A stretch of 56,677 bases of DNA, taken from a virus (taxonomy: Duplodnaviria > Caudoviricetes). Below, piece by piece: positions 16,810 through 25,618 of this stretch; within the stretch, counting starts at the first letter, position 1; each line of letters starts with the position of its first letter. Made by a program: the position numbers and the translations under genes. The notes beneath the pieces are model-generated. The model was given only the letters and a program-made list of their open reading frames with translations, had not been told where the DNA came from and searched no databases. The stretch lies in the IMG/VR virus record IMGVR_UViG_3300001847_000386, positions 1 to 56,677 of that record. The stretch is one strand, 5' to 3'.

Positions 16810-19800
16810 TTAAGGATCTATCAGAACAGTTAATGTTCTAGAAGTTGCAACACCAAGATTTGCATTAGACTCTAATGAATTTTTAATAGAAATTTCTGCA
16901 GTACTTAGTGTTCCTATAGTGTAAGTTCCTGGAGATCCAATAACAGGAATAGCTAAACCACTTCTAGAATAATAAATTCCTCTAAATCTTTCTGAGTCTC
17001 TATAAGGTAGAACCCCTCCAGGATATACTACATCTAAATCTTTCCATACTACTTTATATATTATATCAAGATTAATATCATTAGGTTGATATAAATCAGT
17101 TAAAAGTCTTTGCGCAGAACTAATTGTAGTTATTCCATTAAGAGTATATGGAGCTGTATATGTAACTGCGTTTGTGTGAGATACAACAGGTGAATTTCTA
17201 CTAAATCCATGAGGTCCGACTATTGAATAAGTTGTTGGTGGAGTAGTACTAAATGTTTTTGGATTAATATTAAATCTAAACATTGGACTTTTCCATGGAC
17301 GAATTTCAGAAACGGTATTAGTTGCTGCCACTGTTAATCTTGGCGCAGTTTTTCCAACTAATTCCAGCCATTGAACATTTGGGGGCGCATCATAAATACC
17401 TCCACCAATTTCGCTATTTCCACCTAATGATAAATAAGAACAACTTACGGCATCAATACCAAATTTTTGAGCATTAGCACCTAATTTATTATATGCCATA
17501 TATCCAAATATTTCATTTTGTCCATGTACATGTATTTTTTGAATAGATCCGGATGGAGAAAAAAGACCGAGAGGTCCAGTTATTAAATTACCTCCCCAAG
17601 CATTACCAGATTGTAAAGTATATGTTATATCTTGTCCTACTGGATCATGATTAACTTTACCACCATTTAATGTGATTCCATCTACAATTGATGGAGTTGA
17701 TGTGACTTTTCCATCATGCTCAAACACTTGTAAAGTCTCTGGTAATACTCCTACATTTCCTTGAAGAGCACTAAATCCATTTATTTGTCTCCAGATTTTT
17801 AATGGTCTAGTTTTAAAATTTGGTATACCAGGATTAACTCCTCCTGGATAAAATTGGAGATAAGTTCCCCAATTTCCTATTAAAATAGATGTGGGATCAG
17901 AATTTAATGCTGGATTTGGGCCTCCTAATACGAATGTTTCTAGACTTGTCCAACCACTTGCAGCAGGAGTTCCTGTTAATTGCGGTTGCGTTTCCATAGC
18001 ATTTATATCAGCATAAATAGTAGTATTTCCTAATACTTGAAAATGCACTATATTTGCTAAATGTTTAACCCTTGCTAAATAACCAGAAAGTGTATTAACC
18101 CCATTTACAATAAATGTAGTACATTGACTAGGTATATATTCTATATTACCTCCAATAGAATTACCACCTGAATCAAATCCATCAGTATCTACTATTTCAC
18201 TTTCAGTATTTAATATTAAACTAGTTAAATTTTGAGGTAAAGCTCCATAATATAAGTTAGTGTTATTATCAAATCTAACCAAATCTCCTGATATAGTGGT
18301 CAGATAATTTAATCTTAATTCAGTTAATCCAGTATTTCCATTTACGTTTTGGGGTAAATCAATAATATCTCCAGATAAATTTGACCATTGACATCTAAAT
18401 ATTTCTAAAGTTCTAGCTAATTGAGTAGTTGTTATATCAGTAAGGATTCCAGTATACATGTAAGAATCATCCATTACAAATTTTTTCAATCCTGATAATT
18501 TAACAAATTCACTACCCTTAATAGAGTATATATAATTGTTTGGATCTCTTTTTGTAGATTCTGGTATAGCACCAACTATAATTTGTGATGTTGGTATTGT
18601 TGGTGGTGTAGTCGCTCTTCCACTTAATGTAGTCACATCCCCTTCATTAATTACCATTCCTGTAATATTCACTAAACGACGAGTTTGTACTATAATATCT
18701 CCTCTGTATGTGTGATAGTTTGTCGGATAGTAGTTAGGATCATAACTATATGATATATTTGAATAATTCCCAGCTAAATAATTAACTTGTGTTCCAGGCC
18801 TATTAGTATCCCAAATTATACTGAAATCTGCTGATGAAGAGAGTTCGGAAAATTTAAATGAGTGAACATAGTTTGCATTTATTTTAAACTGCTCGATTGG
18901 GTGTATTACTTGAGTTGTTTGAGATGCTGAATAGAAACAAACTCCTGTTGAGTAATTAAGATCTATAGTGTATGTTCCCTCTCCTATAGTTGGATCAAAA
19001 GTTGCAGTTCCATTACCATAATCAGTAATACCAGGACCACTAAATATTCCATTTGGAGCTATGCTACTAGTTAAAGATACTAGAGGATCATCATCTTCAT
19101 AAGATGAACTTAATGTGGTAAATGTCAAAGTAAGAGGCGCACAATAATAACTTAATGCTGTTGACCCAGTATAACTATATGTACAGAATAAATGTCTGTA
19201 TTCATATGTAATATCATAAGTACCTGGTGTTAGCACAGTCATATCAAACACCGCTGTACCATCATTATTATCTGTTACACTAGTACCATTAAATATTCCT
19301 GATGGTGCTTGTGATCCTACTAAAGTAGCTGGTGAATCCACGTTAATATAATAACTTGAACTCAAACCAGTGAAATTCACAGAAATATTTGGACAAACAA
19401 CGTTAGTGCTTTGATTAGTTGATGATACACAACCACAATTATCAACAAGATAATTTATAGTGTGAGTTCCTAAGCCTGCTGATAAAGGATCAAATTGAGC
19501 AGTACCGCTAGTAATAGAAGATAGTCCAGGTCCAGTAAATGTACCAGATGGTTGTTCACTTCCACTTAATATAGTCGACGGATCAGTTATATCATAGCTT
19601 GCATTTAATGTCCCAAATGTAACTGGTATAGTTTGGCATAATAAATTAACATAAATAGTACCATAATTGCTTTCAGATAAACAACCACCATCAGTAACAT
19701 TAAATATAGAATAGGTAAAACTATAATTACCCATTAATACATCATTATGCATTGTAACTGTACCATCTAAATTATTAGTAAAATAAACTGTATCAGGGCC

Positions 19801-20751
19801 AAATATACTTGTTGCAGATAAATCTATTGGATTAGATCCAGGATCAGATCCAACTAAAAGATCTATTGTTCTAACTGATTGGGTTGAATAAAATGTGTAT
19901 GTCTGATCAATTACTGTTGGAGCAACAGGAAAATATTTTTGATAATCTTGATTTGTTATTATTGCTACTCCTTGACTATATATAATATTACCGACATGGG
20001 TAAATTTACCAGTCAATTCATACTTGTTAATATATATAGGTTCAGTAATTACTTCATTAATTAAATCTGTTTTAACTTTAAGTCTTATTTTATTTCCATT
20101 AGGAGTAATATTGATTATCTCAGCATATTTAATATCATTATATGAACTATTAACAACAGATATAATATCTCCTATATTAAAATTATCTTCATAGGCATTA
20201 GAAATTTGTATCGAATCTAAACTACCACCATAAAATCTAGCAACGCTTATTGGAAAAGAAGCTATTTGAGAATATTCTGGCGATAATTTATCAATTAAGT
20301 TACCATTTGAGTCATCTACAATTGATGCTGTACTTAAAAAACAATTACCATTTATTTCTAAATTAAATGTTCCTTTTGCTATATTTTCACCAAAAAGTAT
20401 AGGTGGAATAGCAATTGAATTAATTTTACTATCTAATTCTATTGGAAAATACCTGTCTTCAAAATTTGTTGATCCTGAATATGCTGTTGATTGTTGGTTG
20501 GAGTTCCAAGAACCTGTTGATTTTAATATAGAACCAGTTATATAATCTTGATAATATAGTTGTTTTATACCTCTGTAATTAACAATAGGTTGGTAAATAG
20601 GATCAGAATCATTTAGTGGTCTATTAATCCCATAATGTATACCAATCCCGTTATCTTGAAAATCTTCATAATCATAACTAGAAGAGTATTTTAATTTTAT
20701 AGGAGTAGTAGATATATCTGAAGCTTTTAATGTATTTGAAGCTCTACTCAT
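16810..20751 (-). CDS. large virion/tail-fibre protein: baseplate-type N-domain + Ig-like repeats + degenerate LRR solenoid
   Basis: GTFNL..DDSNGN..VGNIIYSQG N-domain; three ~80-aa G.F.G.G...FDP...GT.TI.Y..C repeats; SGDI.DLP/GNI..LP..L repeats. Confidence 0.7.
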   Translation of the reverse strand: MSRASNTLKASDISTTPIKLKYSSSYDYEDFQDNGIGIHYGINRPLNDSDPIYQPIVNYRGIKQLYYQDYITGSILKSTGSWNSNQQSTAYSGSTNFEDRYFPIELDSKINSIAIPPILFGENIAKGTFNLEINGNCFLSTASIVDDSNGNLIDKLSPEYSQIASFPISVARFYGGSLDSIQISNAYEDNFNIGDIISVVNSSYNDIKYAEIINITPNGNKIRLKVKTDLINEVITEPIYINKYELTGKFTHVGNIIYSQGVAIITNQDYQKYFPVAPTVIDQTYTFYSTQSVRTIDLLVGSDPGSNPIDLSATSIFGPDTVYFTNNLDGTVTMHNDVLMGNYSFTYSIFNVTDGGCLSESNYGTIYVNLLCQTIPVTFGTLNASYDITDPSTILSGSEQPSGTFTGPGLSSITSGTAQFDPLSAGLGTHTINYLVDNCGCVSSTNQSTNVVCPNISVNFTGLSSSYYINVDSPATLVGSQAPSGIFNGTSVTDNNDGTAVFDMTVLTPGTYDITYEYRHLFCTYSYTGSTALSYYCAPLTLTFTTLSSSYEDDDPLVSLTSSIAPNGIFSGPGITDYGNGTATFDPTIGEGTYTIDLNYSTGVCFYSASQTTQVIHPIEQFKINANYVHSFKFSELSSSADFSIIWDTNRPGTQVNYLAGNYSNISYSYDPNYYPTNYHTYRGDIIVQTRRLVNITGMVINEGDVTTLSGRATTPPTIPTSQIIVGAIPESTKRDPNNYIYSIKGSEFVKLSGLKKFVMDDSYMYTGILTDITTTQLARTLEIFRCQWSNLSGDIIDLPQNVNGNTGLTELRLNYLTTISGDLVRFDNNTNLYYGALPQNLTSLILNTESEIVDTDGFDSGGNSIGGNIEYIPSQCTTFIVNGVNTLSGYLARVKHLANIVHFQVLGNTTIYADINAMETQPQLTGTPAASGWTSLETFVLGGPNPALNSDPTSILIGNWGTYLQFYPGGVNPGIPNFKTRPLKIWRQINGFSALQGNVGVLPETLQVFEHDGKVTSTPSIVDGITLNGGKVNHDPVGQDITYTLQSGNAWGGNLITGPLGLFSPSGSIQKIHVHGQNEIFGYMAYNKLGANAQKFGIDAVSCSYLSLGGNSEIGGGIYDAPPNVQWLELVGKTAPRLTVAATNTVSEIRPWKSPMFRFNINPKTFSTTPPTTYSIVGPHGFSRNSPVVSHTNAVTYTAPYTLNGITTISSAQRLLTDLYQPNDINLDIIYKVVWKDLDVVYPGGVLPYRDSERFRGIYYSRSGLAIPVIGSPGTYTIGTLSTAEISIKNSLESNANLGVATSRTLTVLIDP

Positions 20752-20782
20752 TTTTAAATTATTATTTTTATCTAGTTAAATA

Positions 20783-21826
20783 CTACCAATCTAATTTTAC
20801 TCTTATTAAAGCCTCTTTTGTAAAGTCTTTTACTAGGGGTTTAGAAAGTTTTGCAACAGCTAATAATTCATTAGCATTATTATACATACCAACTGTAGTA
20901 ATATACGTTTGTGGTGAATTAATAAAATTTGAATAGATTAAATTACCAGATCCTGTTATGAATGAAGGATTTGATGTATAATTATATTCTGTATTTTTTA
21001 TTCTAACAAATATGTAATCTGAAGATATTGTTTCTTGAGAATTTAATTGGAAATTACTCCCTGATTGGAATAAAGTTAGTATTTCTAAGTTATTAGTATA
21101 ATCCTGAGCTGCTGGTCCATTTCCTGTATAGTATGAAAATCCTAAACCACCTTGTCCTGATGGACACGCTAGTGCAGATGGATTAAGTAAAATTAATCCA
21201 ACATCAGGTAAAAATAATCCATAAGATCCTGATGGTGAGTAACCTCTAGCAGAAGCCCCCGTAACTAGTGGTGAACTTTGAGCTGATCCATCTGATCCAG
21301 AAACTATATCAAATACTCTTCCACAATCCAAGTAAGATATACTAGTAACATCATTTGAATTATCAGTTAATTTTAATTCATTTGATACAGTACCATATGA
21401 TAGAGTGAGATTAAATGTTCCTGGGAATAAACCTTCTTTATATCTATTCCTATCTATTTGAATTGCTATCATATCTTGAGATCCTGTATTACCAGTACCA
21501 AAATTAAAATATCCTTCATTATCTCCGTAAATTATATTTCTATATTGACTATAATTAATTTTTGTTGGAGTATAATCAGGCACACTATTATTAAATGGAG
21601 CTGATCCAGATCCATCCATTCTACCATATGCAATAGAAAATTGCACAGCAGAATTAATTACATTTGTTGGTGCATTATATACATCAACATAGAAACTACT
21701 AGTTATAGTTCCTGCAGAAGCTGTATAAAAAGAAGTTAGTATTGGTAAATTACTACTCCATGCAGGAGCAGTTACTGAATCTGAAGATACTACTAAATCT
21801 GTTGAATCGAATTTTGTAAAAGACAT
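20783..21826 (-). CDS. virion structural (baseplate/fibre-base) protein
   Basis: Located in the baseplate module; C-terminal VGMYN..NELLAVAKL motif. Confidence 0.7.
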   Translation of the reverse strand: MSFTKFDSTDLVVSSDSVTAPAWSSNLPILTSFYTASAGTITSSFYVDVYNAPTNVINSAVQFSIAYGRMDGSGSAPFNNSVPDYTPTKINYSQYRNIIYGDNEGYFNFGTGNTGSQDMIAIQIDRNRYKEGLFPGTFNLTLSYGTVSNELKLTDNSNDVTSISYLDCGRVFDIVSGSDGSAQSSPLVTGASARGYSPSGSYGLFLPDVGLILLNPSALACPSGQGGLGFSYYTGNGPAAQDYTNNLEILTLFQSGSNFQLNSQETISSDYIFVRIKNTEYNYTSNPSFITGSGNLIYSNFINSPQTYITTVGMYNNANELLAVAKLSKPLVKDFTKEALIRVKLDW

Positions 21827-21832
21827 ATTTTA

Positions 21833-22492
21833 TTATTGTGTTACTTTAATAATTTGTACTGGTATTGATAATCTAGCTCCTGAATCTCTTCCTGTTACTG
21901 TTAGAGTGGTGTATAAAGAACTGTTTGTTCCAAATAAAGAATTCACAGTGGTGGCTGTTAAGTTAATTGTTGTTCCTATAACAGTTTTACTTACATTAGT
22001 TCCAATTGTTTGAGTGCTGTTTAATGCAGTGGCTTCAGATGTATTAACACCAACACCATTAAATGTAGACATAGTTCTAACATCGCCTATAGTTGCCACA
22101 TATCCAGATTGTTCAAATGTAGTTGTAGCTCCTAAATAATTTAGTGTTTGTGGAGTAACTGATATAGATGATCCTTGTTTTATAACAATATTATTATATC
22201 CTAAATCTAATACTGGTAGTTTTGCTGTTCCTCTTGGTAAAGTTACTAACTTATATTTCATAATCTCTTGATCATTTGGATATGCTTGTAAAATTGGCAT
22301 TTTTTCTATTGCCTCTCCATAAAATGCAGATCCTGATGGGTGATTAGGATTATATAAACCATAATCAACTTCATCATCAGATAAAGAAAATTGTGTTATT
22401 TGAAATGATCCATCATTTCTTGATAATAGTTCTCTACCTTTTTTTGTTAGAATAGCATCTACTACTACAGATGTGTTACTTAAATATGACAT
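21833..22492 (-). CDS. virion structural protein (tail-collar/fibre N-terminal-like)
   Basis: AILTKKGRELL...ITQFSLSDDEVDY resembles P2 gpH/DUF3751-type N-termini. Confidence 0.65.
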   Translation of the reverse strand: MSYLSNTSVVVDAILTKKGRELLSRNDGSFQITQFSLSDDEVDYGLYNPNHPSGSAFYGEAIEKMPILQAYPNDQEIMKYKLVTLPRGTAKLPVLDLGYNNIVIKQGSSISVTPQTLNYLGATTTFEQSGYVATIGDVRTMSTFNGVGVNTSEATALNSTQTIGTNVSKTVIGTTINLTATTVNSLFGTNSSLYTTLTVTGRDSGARLSIPVQIIKVTQ

Positions 22493-22558
22493 ATTTTAAT
22501 TTAATTTTTTCTATTAATAAATATAATGATTTGATGTTTTAAAATATAATATTAGTTT

Positions 22559-25500
22559 TTAGTGATTAACTCCTACATACCATCCTTTACTTTTTAAAGA
22601 GGCAGTATATAATAACCCTGTTGCAGAAGGTATAGCATTTCCTGTACCATTTAAAAACACCTGGCCATTTAATCCACCTGCTACATCTAAATCATGTAAG
22701 AAACCATCTACAGCAGCTTGAGTAAGTAAATTATTTCCAGCTGATATATCTAATAAATAAGGTGATATTGTTCCTACTGATGCTGTTGTATACCCAGTTA
22801 ATTTATTATTATCAAGTCCTAAATAAGTTAATTGCTGGTTATTTGCTAAATCAGGTATACTTCCAGTTATTTTATTTCCACTTACATCAAAATAAGATAG
22901 TGATACACAACTATTTAAACTTGGAATGCTTCCTGTTAACTCATTTTCTAAACAATCAAAATGAACTAGATTAATGCATCCTGATAGGCTTAATATACTA
23001 CCAGATAATTCATTATATCCAGCCATAAATGTGTCTAAATCTGATAACCCGGTTAAATCTATTCCACCAGATAAGTTGTTATTTTCACAATTAAAATATT
23101 GTAAATTAGATAATAAAGACGCATTTGGTATACTTCCAGTTAAATAATTATTAGAACAATCAAATGTTTGTATAAATCTACCTAAAGAGTTAATACCGCC
23201 ATCTAAATTATTATTATTACAAATAAAAGTTGTTAAATTATTATTATTAGTTGTATCTGGTATAGAACCTGTTAAATTATTATTAGAGCAATTAAAATAT
23301 TCTAATTTAGAATAGTCTGAAATACTTGGTATAGTTCCTATTAAATAATTATAACTACAATCAAAATATTTTAAACTACCTGATCCACCTATATTAATAA
23401 TAGATCCATCTAAATTATTTACACTACAATCAAATAATTGTATATTCACGTTACCTATATCAATACTACCAGTTATATTATTATTATTGCATCTAAAATA
23501 TACTAGTTTTTGATTATTTAATAAATTAGGAATTGATCCTGTAATAAAATTATATCCGCAATTAAAATTAGTTAAATTAATATTATTATCTAAATTAGGA
23601 ATGCCAGCACCTAAACTATTATTAGAACAATCAAAATTAGATAAGTTAATTGTAGATGATAAATCAGGAATAGATCCTGTTAATAAATTATATGAACAAT
23701 TAAAATTTATAAAACTACTACAACTAATTAAATTATTTATACCACCATCTAATAAATTATTAGAGCAATCAAAATTTACAATTTGTGTATTAGATAAATC
23801 AGGAATAGATCCAGTTAATATATTATTTTGACAATAAAAATCTTGTAAAAAATATAAATTACTTAAATTTGAAATACTACCAGATAAATTATTATTAGAG
23901 CAATTAAAATATTGTAGACTATTAGCCCCAGTTAAATCCTCTAATCCACCAGATAATTGATTATTACTAAAATTTAGATAAGTAACACCATAAGATGATG
24001 ATAAATTTAATGTGCTTCCTGTAATAAAATTGTATGAACAATCTAATTTTGATAAATATGGTAAATATAATAGCCCAGAAAGACTTCCTGATATTTTGTT
24101 ATTTGAACATATTATTGTTGATATTGTATTAGCATGAGTAAAATCAGGTATACTTCCTGTTATATTGTTATTACCACAATCATAATAAACTAAATTAGGA
24201 GCTTCATCTAAATTTATAAAACTAGATAATAGATTTCCATTTATATTAATTGAATTTAAATTAGTAAATCCAAATAAATTACATGTATTTATATTTTGTG
24301 ATAGCAAATTTAATTGCTGTTGATTAGCTAAACCACTACCTGCAAAATATAAATTAGTATCGCTACTAGATGATATTATTGTTATTTGAGATTGTAAATA
24401 ATCACTCCATTCGGATAAACTGCCTGTATTACTATATGGCATAGATCCTGTATCTACCCAAGATAATTGTAGGCTTGGTAAAACACCAGTACTAACCTCT
24501 ATAGTTCTTTCTACGGAAGTTAATGGATAAAAACTTGCTGTTAAATATTGATTTGATGCCGTTGCATATAATTCAACAACTCTAGTAGCAGTATTAGTAA
24601 CTATAATACTTGAGGTATAAAATTGACCGCTTCCGGAAACTATAATATTATATGATTCACCAGATACTAAAGATATAGTGCCATTAAAAATTGAAGTGGA
24701 TGCTGATATTATACTTTCTGTTGTATATACTTCTGGAAGAAAGTCTGTTCCACCTGATAGTTGTAAAATTTTATTTTGAAAATAATAATCGATTGAAGAT
24801 GCGCTTTTAAAGTTGCTAGGAATTTTATAACTATATAAACTAATATCATTTCCTAATGTTCCAGGATAAGAACTAGATAATATTAAAGTACCTCCAGAAG
24901 CAGATGCCATTAATAGATCTAAACTAGAACTAGAATTTGATCCAGATAATACTAAATTTATTGCTTGTGCAAGATTTTCAGCAGCAGATATTCCATTAGA
25001 TCCAGAATCAACTAATTTTCCTTTATTTCTTTCTCTCATATTAATAAAACCATCTAAATTAAAATCATAAAATAGATTATTATATACTTCATGAGATTCA
25101 GTAAGCCCTACAAAAAAAATAAAATTTTCAAAATACCTTCTATCAATAATGTTATTTATGAATTGAGTATTATTTTTTATTAATATTAAGGTATTTGCGT
25201 CAAAAGAAGCAGTTAGTAATAAACTACCAGTTGCATAAGTATCTCCAGAAGAGGATAAGACATTCTTTGTTATCAGAACAGTATCTAAAGATGAAGTATT
25301 TATTAAACTTGGGGAAAAAATAAAATTTATTGGAAAAATTCCAGCTTTTTCTAAATTATATGGACTCTGTGACATTGATACAGAGCTTGTAACTTGATTG
25401 ACAAAATTTACATCTGTATAATATAAATTTGTTTCTGCTATTGGAAATGAAGCATATCTTGATCCATTTTTAAAAGCTACTATTTCTTGTAAACTAGAAC

Positions 25501-25618
25501 ATGGAATTAATTCTGTAATATTTGAATAATCAAATCTTTGGGTATATGACCCTGTTATATCTGATCCTAATAAATGTGTCAATCCAAAAGATCCTGTATT
25601 ATAATATAGAGCTTGCAT
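22559..25618 (-). CDS. leucine-rich-repeat virion/receptor-binding protein
   Basis: About 24 LRRs of consensus LxxFxCxxNxLTGSIPxL; C-cap LTQAAVD..L..L...KGW.V. Confidence 0.85.
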   Translation of the reverse strand: MQALYYNTGSFGLTHLLGSDITGSYTQRFDYSNITELIPCSSLQEIVAFKNGSRYASFPIAETNLYYTDVNFVNQVTSSVSMSQSPYNLEKAGIFPINFIFSPSLINTSSLDTVLITKNVLSSSGDTYATGSLLLTASFDANTLILIKNNTQFINNIIDRRYFENFIFFVGLTESHEVYNNLFYDFNLDGFINMRERNKGKLVDSGSNGISAAENLAQAINLVLSGSNSSSSLDLLMASASGGTLILSSSYPGTLGNDISLYSYKIPSNFKSASSIDYYFQNKILQLSGGTDFLPEVYTTESIISASTSIFNGTISLVSGESYNIIVSGSGQFYTSSIIVTNTATRVVELYATASNQYLTASFYPLTSVERTIEVSTGVLPSLQLSWVDTGSMPYSNTGSLSEWSDYLQSQITIISSSSDTNLYFAGSGLANQQQLNLLSQNINTCNLFGFTNLNSININGNLLSSFINLDEAPNLVYYDCGNNNITGSIPDFTHANTISTIICSNNKISGSLSGLLYLPYLSKLDCSYNFITGSTLNLSSSYGVTYLNFSNNQLSGGLEDLTGANSLQYFNCSNNNLSGSISNLSNLYFLQDFYCQNNILTGSIPDLSNTQIVNFDCSNNLLDGGINNLISCSSFINFNCSYNLLTGSIPDLSSTINLSNFDCSNNSLGAGIPNLDNNINLTNFNCGYNFITGSIPNLLNNQKLVYFRCNNNNITGSIDIGNVNIQLFDCSVNNLDGSIINIGGSGSLKYFDCSYNYLIGTIPSISDYSKLEYFNCSNNNLTGSIPDTTNNNNLTTFICNNNNLDGGINSLGRFIQTFDCSNNYLTGSIPNASLLSNLQYFNCENNNLSGGIDLTGLSDLDTFMAGYNELSGSILSLSGCINLVHFDCLENELTGSIPSLNSCVSLSYFDVSGNKITGSIPDLANNQQLTYLGLDNNKLTGYTTASVGTISPYLLDISAGNNLLTQAAVDGFLHDLDVAGGLNGQVFLNGTGNAIPSATGLLYTASLKSKGWYVGVNH

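Noticed and set aside
14881-20751. Stop-codon reassignment explaining the split gene
   Set aside because: Breaks end in TAA, are separated by long unrelated coding sequence and have their own starts; core genes are intact under code 11.
22559-25618. Diversity-generating retroelement acting on LRR or fibre genes
   Set aside because: No reverse transcriptase and no template/variable repeat pair with adenine-specific mismatches seen in this window.
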